DNA of 64,000 nucleotides, taken from contig JBLIRH010000002.1 in the NCBI GenBank assembly GCA_049472215.1, positions 23,815-87,814 on the forward strand, read 5' to 3'. The DNA is from Thermoplasmatota archaeon. GTDB taxonomy: Archaea > Thermoplasmatota > Penumbrarchaeia > Penumbrarchaeales > Penumbrarchaeaceae. The position numbers and the translations under genes were made by a program. Within the stretch, counting starts at the first letter, position 1, and each line of letters opens with the position of its first letter. The notes beneath the pieces are model-generated. The model did not search any database and was not told the origin of the DNA. It was given only the letters and a program-made list of their open reading frames with translations. Below, one piece after another: positions 38,379 to 45,967 of this stretch.

Positions 38379-39236
38379 ATGCGGGATGACGAGGAAGAGG
38401 ATGAGGTCTGGGAGTCCAATAGTCTTTTGATATGGACACTGATCGCTGGAGCTGCGATCCTGACCCTGATATTCATTTGGGCCGCTATAAGGTTCAGCTG
38501 CTATGCACTTGCAGGTGCGGCTCTGCTTCTTGGTCTGATCGTTATCCTCGCCATCATGGGCCGCAGAAAAATGGAGAAGGAACGCTGGTTCAAGAAACTG
38601 TACCTCAAGGAACTGACAAGGTTCCCCGGCCGGACCTTCATCGGAGTTCTGCCGGAACATATCCGTAGAACGATGAATTCGTCCTCCTTTGACTTCGGCA
38701 TCAACCAATGGTGGGTCTCAATAGAAAGGCGGGGGCATACTATTTACACGGGAACCTTCTTCCGCAGCGTTCCGTCGATGGGTAATGATGATCACCAGCC
38801 GCCGGAGTACCACCTTTGTGCGGTGATGGAGCTCCCGCTCAAGGGAAGACATGTTAGCTTGACAAAGAACATCGACCTCCTGAGCCTGCCGAGGAGATTG
38901 GGCATCTCGGATTACAGATACGGCAATAAGTACTTCGAGGATAATTTTACCATCGTGGCGGAACCGAAGGACGAGGGGCATCTCATACTCACGGGCAGGG
39001 TGATGGATCGGATAATGAACAGCCTTAACGACTGCGAGCTCTACATTGGGGACGGTCTGCTTATCGTATCCGACAGGATCTCGGAGCTCTACCTTTATCA
39101 GAGCGCTAAGAACCCTGATGTGGACTGCATCCTCTACAAATGGAACGACAGCGTACCGGACAAGATGATCGATCTAAGTGAGACGTTACTCGATAGGGAT
39201 CCGAAAGAAGTGATCATTGCAGCTGAAGTTCCATGA
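38379..39236 (+). CDS. Membrane protein of unknown function
   Basis: LLIWTLIAGAAILTLIFIWAAIRFSCYALAGAALLLGLIVILAIMG then soluble domain. Confidence 0.55.
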   Translation: MRDDEEEDEVWESNSLLIWTLIAGAAILTLIFIWAAIRFSCYALAGAALLLGLIVILAIMGRRKMEKERWFKKLYLKELTRFPGRTFIGVLPEHIRRTMNSSSFDFGINQWWVSIERRGHTIYTGTFFRSVPSMGNDDHQPPEYHLCAVMELPLKGRHVSLTKNIDLLSLPRRLGISDYRYGNKYFEDNFTIVAEPKDEGHLILTGRVMDRIMNSLNDCELYIGDGLLIVSDRISELYLYQSAKNPDVDCILYKWNDSVPDKMIDLSETLLDRDPKEVIIAAEVP

Positions 39237-39257
39237 CCGTGCATTTGATCTCACTTG

Positions 39258-40556
39258 TCACTTCTCGACGATCTTCACCATGTGGGTGGCACATGAGATG
39301 CAAGGATCATATGCCCTTGCGATGAGCTCCATCTTGTTTCGGAGCTCCTGCTTTTCCAGCCCCTGGTCGCTGAGGAGCTTTCCGACCTTCTTCATGTCCT
39401 GGTCGATGATCAGATTGTTGATAGCGGTGGGGGTGATGATATTGGCATCGGTTATCATGCCTTCTTTGTCGATCCAATATTCATGATAGAGCGTCCCCCT
39501 GGGGACCTCCAGCGAACCTATTCCATGGCTCTCCCTGGGCTCCACCTTCATGGGCTTCTCATCCTTTATCCCCAGATACAGCAATCTGTCGATGAGCTCC
39601 ATCGCGCGTTCCCAGGCATAGATACACTCAAAGGCCTGGCCCAGGTTGTTGTGAAGTATGTTGTTCGATGGGAACGGGAAGAAGATATCCTTCGCCTCGA
39701 GGATGTGGGGGTGCCTGAACTCCTTCATGATGTTGAGCCTGGAAAGCGATCCCACCATCACGGCGTCCCCCCCGGAGGTCTTGCTCACCTTCGCTGTGGA
39801 CCATGGGATGATCTCCTCCTTGATCACCTTCCGGTAATCGGAGAGAGGGAACCTCCTGTCGTCAAGTGCGATCATGTCGCCCATCAACGTGAACTCGTCA
39901 TTTTCGGAGGAGACGAGCGTGGAATACGGAGCTGTCAGCTCCATCTCCGAGGGATACGACAACGATGAGAACAACCTGTAGGCCTCGACAGTATCCTTCA
40001 CGTTCTCCCTGAGCTTGTCTCGAAGCTCCACGAGCTTCCTTCTCGATGGGATCCCAGTGAAACCTCCGATTATCGGTTTCTCGGGATGTATCGGCCTGCC
40101 GCCGATGAGCTCCTGGATGTCGTTCCCGATCCCCTTCAGCTTCAGCGCCCTGTTGACCTCGACGGGATGGTCCTTGTAGAGGGCTATCGCGTTGGGCATC
40201 CCGAGATAGTCCGGCAGCGCAAGGAAATATGTGTGGAGATAGTGGCTCTCAAGGATCGATCCCATGTGTATGAGCTCCCTTAGAAGCTCCGTCTGCTCCG
40301 AAACCTCGACCTCGAATGCCTGCTCGATCGCTTTTATCGATGCAAGCTTGTGGGAAACGGTGCATATGGCGCATATCCTGGTCACTATGGAGGGAACATG
40401 CCTGAAGTATTTGCCCCGGACCAGGACCTCGAAGAACCTGGGACCCTCGGTGATCGAGAAATTTACATCCTTTATCCGGTCACCGTCGAATTCCAGGAAT
40501 ATCTCCCCGTGCCCTTCGACCCTGGCGACCGGCTCTATCTCTACGTACTTCTTCAC
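39258..40556 (-). CDS. [NiFe]-hydrogenase large subunit (group 3-like), catalytic subunit
   Basis: L1 motif VTRICAICTVSH, L2 motif DPCISCATH near C-terminus; N-term YVEIEPVARVEGHGEIFLEFDG; ATGA overlap with upstream gene. Confidence 0.92.
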   Translation of the reverse strand: MKKYVEIEPVARVEGHGEIFLEFDGDRIKDVNFSITEGPRFFEVLVRGKYFRHVPSIVTRICAICTVSHKLASIKAIEQAFEVEVSEQTELLRELIHMGSILESHYLHTYFLALPDYLGMPNAIALYKDHPVEVNRALKLKGIGNDIQELIGGRPIHPEKPIIGGFTGIPSRRKLVELRDKLRENVKDTVEAYRLFSSLSYPSEMELTAPYSTLVSSENDEFTLMGDMIALDDRRFPLSDYRKVIKEEIIPWSTAKVSKTSGGDAVMVGSLSRLNIMKEFRHPHILEAKDIFFPFPSNNILHNNLGQAFECIYAWERAMELIDRLLYLGIKDEKPMKVEPRESHGIGSLEVPRGTLYHEYWIDKEGMITDANIITPTAINNLIIDQDMKKVGKLLSDQGLEKQELRNKMELIARAYDPCISCATHMVKIVEK

Positions 40557-41245
40557 TGGTCATCCCTCCTTGATCCGGCAAGATGCTCCATGACCTTCTT
40601 TCCTTCCTCGGAGTAGGAGAAGAGCTTGATCAGATCGATCACGTGGTCGAGGTTGATCCCGTACTTCGTGTAATCCCTGACCGCGAACTTGATGAGGTCC
40701 TCGTGGAATACGACCCCCCTGCAGCCGATACAGGTCGAACCGTTCCTCGTGCAGTAAGCGTTGCACCCGGAATATGTGAGAGGTCCGAGACAGATGTTTC
40801 CCCGGTAAAGGTTGCAGGATTCTCCCTGAAGTGGACACATAGCGCATACGACCGTTGCTGACAGGTCAAGGTCCCTGCAGAGAGGAACATACGGGCAATC
40901 TCCCGATGTCGGGCAGTCCCGGCAGCTCTGCTCGTGCTGGGACATTGTCAGCTGAAGGATCGTCCTCCTGAGATCGTAGAGCTTCCTCGAATTGGTATGG
41001 ATGATCATGTTCTCCCTGATGGGGGTCTGGCAGGATTCCCTGATGATCTTCGACTTCCCCTCCCCCAGTTCCACCAAGCACATCCTGCAGTTCCCGGTGT
41101 TCAATTTCCCGAGCACCGGATTGTAGCAGATGTGGGGAAGCTCCACTCCCCTCTCAATGCAAAGCTGCAGTATGGTCTGGCCGGGTTTCCCGAAATACTC
41201 CTTGCCGTCAATGACCACCCTCACCTTCTTCTCCACCATCGTCAT
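40553..41245 (-). CDS. HoxU/NuoG-like [2Fe-2S] subunit with C-terminal [NiFe] small-subunit Cys-rich module
   Basis: HICYNPVLGKLNTGNCRMC...C plant-type [2Fe-2S]; HEQSCRDCPTSGDC (HxxxCxxCxxxxxC); C-term VCAMCPLQGESCNLYRGNICLGPLTYSGCNAYCTRNGSTCIGCRG. Confidence 0.85.
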   Translation of the reverse strand: MTMVEKKVRVVIDGKEYFGKPGQTILQLCIERGVELPHICYNPVLGKLNTGNCRMCLVELGEGKSKIIRESCQTPIRENMIIHTNSRKLYDLRRTILQLTMSQHEQSCRDCPTSGDCPYVPLCRDLDLSATVVCAMCPLQGESCNLYRGNICLGPLTYSGCNAYCTRNGSTCIGCRGVVFHEDLIKFAVRDYTKYGINLDHVIDLIKLFSYSEEGKKVMEHLAGSRRDDQ

Positions 41246-42988
41246 CTACTCCACCTCCTCGACGGGCTTGTCGAAGGGGCCCATCCTTTCAAGCTCCTTG
41301 TAGAGCCTGGCTTTCAGGATCTGGTTCGACCAGTGGATAGCTCCCTGATTGTAGTTCTTCATCCTATTGATGCGGTCCTCGATGACACTTGGGTCCGTAT
41401 TGGGATACTGACCGCCTCCGGTGATGCACCCCTTCAGGCACGGAATGAACTCCACGAAATCGTAATCCTCGATATTGGAGAGAACATTGTCCGCATTGGT
41501 CAGGTCGGTCACCGTCGCGACCTTGAAATGAACGTCGGGATAGTCAACGGTCCTAACCACGGTCCCATCCTCGAGAACGATCTTCTGAAGCACATTCTGC
41601 CTTACCTTCAGGGCCATGGTGTAGTCCACGACCTCGTCCCCGAGCCCATCGGTCGCAGGCGTATCCGCAAGGATATCGATCAACGGCTCCGTCATGACGA
41701 ACCTGTCGAAGGAGACCGTTTCGATATCGCAGAGGTCGACGTTGATGCGGTTCTTCTGGATCAGCCTCGAGACCTCCTTGGTGGAGATCACAGCATCGAA
41801 GTCCGCCATCTTCTTCATGGCAGTGCACGGAGTGATCATTGCCAGGAAAACGGGCCCGTACCTCTTCTCGATCATCTCCCTGGCGATCGGGCCTGGTCTC
41901 GCTTCAAGATCGAGATAGTCCTTGTACTCGAATTTGTGCTTGGTGATCCAGATGTTGGCGGAGGGGCACCACGACATGATCTTGGTCCTTCCCGGATCGT
42001 CCAGCGAATCCTGGACCGTCTTGAATATCGACACATGCTGGGCTGCGGCGAAGTTGAAGACCTTCCACATGCCGAGCTGCTTCAGAGCGACGATGACCTT
42101 CCTCATGAGGGCGTGGGTGTTGTCAGGTTCATCGACCTGAAGGTTCTCAGAAAGTGAGGCCAGGATCATGGGATCGACCAGGGCGACCACGCGCTCTCCG
42201 CTTTTCAGGGCGTTCTCGAGCTTCTTGATGTTGTGTTCCCTCTCCTTCAGGGCCCCGCAGAAGCAGAACTGCACGCACTGGCCGCATGAGATGCAGGTCG
42301 TCCTAGCAAAGGTCGACCCGAAGGGGGTCGAGACCCTTTCCTTCCAGTTCCTGCCCACCATGGAGATCGCCTTTACCCCGAGTCCCTCGTCGCAGACATT
42401 GACGCATCTCCGGCAGGATATGCACTTCTCGGGCAGATAGTTGACCACGGGGTCCTTGATCTCCTCAACATCATCCGGTAACTGCCTGTCGATGGGCAGG
42501 GGGAGCGTCACGTTCTTATGGGGGTCCATGGTAGCGAACTTCTGGAAGTAGTAGATGACCTCGGACTCCCTGACGGGGCAGCCCCTTATGGTGTAATCGA
42601 CCTCTATGAAATAGTCCAGGGGATACGCCTTCTTCAGCGGCGTGGTATTGATCATGGTGGTCCCGTAGACCGCCTTGTAAGCTTCGGAGGCTCCCTGTAT
42701 GTCCTTTCCCGTGGCAACCCCGCCGGATGCAGCGCAGGTCCCTATCCCCACCACCCTTCTCGAGTTCTTCCTGATGTGGTGGAGGACCTCGATATCCTCC
42801 TCGGTCACCACCGCACCTTCCACGAAGGCTATGTCAAGCATCCCGAAATCCTGCCCCGAGGAGGCCATGGAGAATACCCTGATGTCAAGGGATTCGAAGA
42901 TCTCCAGAAGCTCCTCCTCGCAGTTGAGAATGGCCAGCTGGTCGCCGGCGCAGGAAGTGAGACCGAATATGCCGACCTTCACCTTCAT
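41246..42988 (-). CDS. Hybrid hydrogenase subunit: [NiFe] small-subunit N-domain + 2x[4Fe-4S] + [FeFe]-hydrogenase-like H-cluster domain
   Basis: N-term MKVKVGIFGLTSCAGDQLAILNCEEELLE...FVEGAVVTEEDIEVL...GIGTCAASGG...RGCP; middle CISCRRCVNVC...CISCGQCVQFC; C-term IMSWCPSAN, ITPCTAMKKMADFD, VEFIPCLKGCITGGGQYP; start ATG 42988 overlaps upstream stop. Confidence 0.88.
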   Translation of the reverse strand: MKVKVGIFGLTSCAGDQLAILNCEEELLEIFESLDIRVFSMASSGQDFGMLDIAFVEGAVVTEEDIEVLHHIRKNSRRVVGIGTCAASGGVATGKDIQGASEAYKAVYGTTMINTTPLKKAYPLDYFIEVDYTIRGCPVRESEVIYYFQKFATMDPHKNVTLPLPIDRQLPDDVEEIKDPVVNYLPEKCISCRRCVNVCDEGLGVKAISMVGRNWKERVSTPFGSTFARTTCISCGQCVQFCFCGALKEREHNIKKLENALKSGERVVALVDPMILASLSENLQVDEPDNTHALMRKVIVALKQLGMWKVFNFAAAQHVSIFKTVQDSLDDPGRTKIMSWCPSANIWITKHKFEYKDYLDLEARPGPIAREMIEKRYGPVFLAMITPCTAMKKMADFDAVISTKEVSRLIQKNRINVDLCDIETVSFDRFVMTEPLIDILADTPATDGLGDEVVDYTMALKVRQNVLQKIVLEDGTVVRTVDYPDVHFKVATVTDLTNADNVLSNIEDYDFVEFIPCLKGCITGGGQYPNTDPSVIEDRINRMKNYNQGAIHWSNQILKARLYKELERMGPFDKPVEEVE

Positions 42989-44283
42989 GACCTGCCACCT
43001 CCCATGGGACAGACCTTTGAAGGGCACTCTCCGCGGATATGAGAGTCGAAGACCTCCCTGAAATTGTTGTAGGCGGAGGAGAATGGGGTGGAAGCCGTCT
43101 TTCCAAGGCCGCAAATTGAAGCGGTGTCCATGACACCGGAGATCTCCATCGCCCGCTCAAGCTCCCCGTCCTTGGCTTTGCCCGTTCTCAACCTCTCCAA
43201 TATCCTTGATACGTGATGGGTCCCGGTCCTGCAGGGCGTACACTTTCCACAGCTCTCGTGTGAGAAGAAACCCATGAGATTGTGAGCGATATCAACAACG
43301 CAGCTCTTCTCGTTGAAGACCACGATCACCCCCGATCCCAGGGTGAGGCCGTCGGCCTCCGCATCCTCCATGGAGAACTTCGTCTCCAACCTCTCTTTGG
43401 GTATCAGCGAACCGGATGCGCCCCCGAGGAGCACGAAACCGATCTCCTTTCCGTCCACCCCGCCGCCGAGGTCGTTGATGATATCCATCAACGTGCATTT
43501 ACCCATTTCAACCTCGTAGGCACCTGGAGACTTGACATGCCCCGTCAGGGAAACGATCCTCGTCCCCGTCGATTGGGTTGTTCCTATTGACCTGTAATTG
43601 TCCCCGCCCTCCATGATGATGTAGGGGACGTTGGCAAGGGTCTCAACGTTGTTGACACAGGTGGGTTTATCGAACACACCCGAGACCGAGGTCCTTGTTA
43701 TCTTTATCTTGGCCTGGCCGGCCATCCCCTCGATGGATTGGAGGATCGCGGAAGATTCACCGCAGACATATGCCCCTGCACCCTTTACGACCTCGATCTC
43801 CAGATCGAAGTTCTTTCCAAGGATCCCCTTACCGAGAAGGTTGCGGTCCTTTGCCGTCTGAATGATGGACCTGAGCTTTGGGGGAAGGAAAGGGTATTCC
43901 CCGCGATTGTAGATGAAGGCCTTTTCGATGCCCATCGCATAGGCCGCGATCGTCATTCCCTCGATCAGGAGGAATGGGTCCGTCTCCACCAGCGTCCTGT
44001 CCTTAATAGTGCCCTCCTCGCCCTCGTCGAAGTTTGCAATGAGGTACTTCGGTGTTTTGTTCTGCATGGCCACTGATTCCCATTTGAAGCCGGCGTGGAA
44101 CCCGGCCCCTCCCCTTCCCCTGATGCGGGATTTCGAGACCTCGTTCACGACCCACCTTGAACCTTTATCAAGGGCTTTCTTCAATGCCTCGTAACCGCCC
44201 GCGCTGATGTAATGGTCGATGTTCCACCCGTCGTAACCGCCCCTTCCACGGTTCTTCAAGAGGATCCTGGTTTCCTGGACCAA
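42985..44283 (-). CDS. NuoF/HoxF-like NADH-binding flavoprotein subunit (FMN, [4Fe-4S])
   Basis: RGRGGAGFHAGFKWE, NFDEGEEGTIKDRTL, GAGAYVCGESSAILQSIEG, HESCGKCTPCRTGTHH...C. Confidence 0.9.
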   Translation of the reverse strand: MVQETRILLKNRGRGGYDGWNIDHYISAGGYEALKKALDKGSRWVVNEVSKSRIRGRGGAGFHAGFKWESVAMQNKTPKYLIANFDEGEEGTIKDRTLVETDPFLLIEGMTIAAYAMGIEKAFIYNRGEYPFLPPKLRSIIQTAKDRNLLGKGILGKNFDLEIEVVKGAGAYVCGESSAILQSIEGMAGQAKIKITRTSVSGVFDKPTCVNNVETLANVPYIIMEGGDNYRSIGTTQSTGTRIVSLTGHVKSPGAYEVEMGKCTLMDIINDLGGGVDGKEIGFVLLGGASGSLIPKERLETKFSMEDAEADGLTLGSGVIVVFNEKSCVVDIAHNLMGFFSHESCGKCTPCRTGTHHVSRILERLRTGKAKDGELERAMEISGVMDTASICGLGKTASTPFSSAYNNFREVFDSHIRGECPSKVCPMGGGRS

Positions 44284-44763
44284 TCACTCACCCCCCTTTC
44301 TCAGATCCTCGATCAGCTGGATCGCCTTTCCAATGTCCAGGTTGCGGTGGACGTCGTGATCGATCATCATGGCAGGTGACCCATCACACTGGCCGATGCA
44401 CGAGCTTTCCTCCAAAGTGAACAAGCCGTCGGCCGTGGTCTCTCCCTCCTTTATGGATAGGTGACCGCTGATGCCTGCCATGAGGTCCTTCGATCCCTTG
44501 CCGTGGCAGACGACACCGCGGCATAGCCTGATGACATGCTTTCCTTCCGCTTTCAATGTGAATTGTTCATAGAAGGTGACTACCGAATATATCCGCGTCA
44601 AGGGGATCTCAAGAGCATCTGCGATGTACCTTGCTGTCTCCCAGGTGATGCAGCCCCATGTCTCCTGGATCTTGTGAAGAAGAAAAAGCACTGGGGAATC
44701 GAGTCCCTTCGCCTCAGCCAGCAATCCGTCCAGAACCTTTATGTCCTTGACCCCGATCACCAT
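44284..44763 (-). CDS. NuoE/HoxE-like [2Fe-2S] thioredoxin-fold subunit
   Basis: LFLLHKIQETWGCITWETARYIADALEIPLTRIYSVVTFYEQF; CRGVVC...CIGQC; one base from NuoF-like start. Confidence 0.9.
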   Translation of the reverse strand: MVIGVKDIKVLDGLLAEAKGLDSPVLFLLHKIQETWGCITWETARYIADALEIPLTRIYSVVTFYEQFTLKAEGKHVIRLCRGVVCHGKGSKDLMAGISGHLSIKEGETTADGLFTLEESSCIGQCDGSPAMMIDHDVHRNLDIGKAIQLIEDLRKGGE

Positions 44764-44794
44764 CTGCTACACCGACGGCCTGTAGCTCACCATG

Positions 44795-44804
44795 TTATTA
44801 AAAC
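44795..44804 (-). promoter_or_regulatory. Candidate archaeal TATA element for the hydrogenase operon
   Basis: Minus strand GTTTTAATAA about 30-40 nt upstream of the nuoE-like ATG in the 84-nt gap after hypE. Confidence 0.35.
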
Positions 44805-44847
44805 TATCTGTGCAAGGGATCTGCAGCCGTCCCTCCTGGAGCAGATC

Positions 44848-45936
44848 TTAGCATATCCTTGGGACCGGATCCCCGTAGGGCGGGTCCATGATCCGCTTTC
44901 CGCCTACGACCGTCTGAAGGATCACGTTCTTCCCCTCGGGCCCCACGATCCCGATCACTGCGGCATCCTTACCCGCCTCCGTCCTTCTTATCGCTTTGAG
45001 GACCTCATCCTCGCTTCCCGGAGCAACGGCGAGGATGACCTTGCCCTCGTTCCCTATCTCGAAGGGATCGAACCCGAGCATGTCGCAGGCACTCGAGACA
45101 GCTTCCTTTACGGGGATATCGGATTCCCTGACCAGGATAGAGCACCCGCTCTTGGAGCACCATTCGTTCAATCCGTTGGCCAGCCCGCCCCTTGTCAGGT
45201 CCTTGGCGGCAATAACGCCTCCTACGTCCAAGGCGGCCTCGATCACTTCCCCCATCGGAGCGAGGTCGGAGACCAGGTCGGTTTCGAAACCGTAGCCCTC
45301 CCTGAACGAGAGCAGGGATATTCCATGGTCCCCCACGGACCCGGAAAGAATGATGATGTCCCCTTCCCGGACCGCATCGTCCCTCAGCCATCGGGAAACA
45401 GGTGATCTGGCCCCCCGCTTCGATCTAAGCTCTGATGCTCGTTCGAAGTTCCGTTGCAGAGCCGGATGCATCTCTCCGATACCGGCAGTGGTTATGACCA
45501 TCCCCTTCACCCCTCCCTTCTCCACGACCTTCGTGTCCCCCGTTACCACGGTTACATGGGCCCTTTCAGAAGCAATTCCGATCGACCCCGAGATCCTGCG
45601 GAGGAGTTCTTTATCGGTCCCTTCCTCGATCACCATCGATAGTGCGAGGGCTTTAGGCCTTGCCCCGACGACCCAGAGGTCATTCACAGTTCCAAAGACC
45701 GAGAGGGACCCAATATCCCCCCCGGGGAATTCGAGAGGCCATACGGTATGACCGTCGATGGTAAAGGCGACATTATCAATGACGGCGGAATCGTCCAGGA
45801 GTTCCGGCGGGACCCCTTCCCGGTCTTCGCCTCCCGATGACCTTCTAACGAAGGGGATCACGAGCTCCTTCAGCATCCTCTGCATCAGCTCGCCTCCTGC
45901 GCCCTCGCCGATCTTGACCTTCCTGTCACCGTTCAT
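44848..45936 (-). CDS. hypE: Hydrogenase expression/formation protein HypE
   Basis: KIGEGAGGELMQ, GTVNDLWVVGARP, DLTRGGLANGLNE, C-terminal PRIC; ATG 45936 preferred over 45996, which would overlap the upstream gene. Confidence 0.88.
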   Translation of the reverse strand: MNGDRKVKIGEGAGGELMQRMLKELVIPFVRRSSGGEDREGVPPELLDDSAVIDNVAFTIDGHTVWPLEFPGGDIGSLSVFGTVNDLWVVGARPKALALSMVIEEGTDKELLRRISGSIGIASERAHVTVVTGDTKVVEKGGVKGMVITTAGIGEMHPALQRNFERASELRSKRGARSPVSRWLRDDAVREGDIIILSGSVGDHGISLLSFREGYGFETDLVSDLAPMGEVIEAALDVGGVIAAKDLTRGGLANGLNEWCSKSGCSILVRESDIPVKEAVSSACDMLGFDPFEIGNEGKVILAVAPGSEDEVLKAIRRTEAGKDAAVIGIVGPEGKNVILQTVVGGKRIMDPPYGDPVPRIC

Positions 45937-45967
45937 AAGTGGCCCCAAAAAGCTCATGTGGAACTGA

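Noticed and set aside
40934-42157. 407-aa plus-strand ORF across the hydrogenase genes
   Set aside because: Antisense to the strongly supported fusion and HoxU-like subunits; composition is typical of an antisense shadow ORF in a GC-moderate genome.
41246-42988. Interpreting the C-terminal domain as a nuclear/Nar1 (IOP1)-type protein rather than hydrogenase-like
   Set aside because: Nar1-type proteins share some motifs, but the location in a NuoE/NuoF/HoxU/[NiFe] operon and the CpI-style F-domain favor a hydrogenase-derived role; a phylogeny would settle it.
43113-43114. Track start of the fusion protein at 43114
   Set aside because: It would add 42 residues (MRPWKDGFHPILLRL...) overlapping the NuoF-like coding sequence with no small-subunit similarity; ATG 42988 gives an ideal ATGA overlap.
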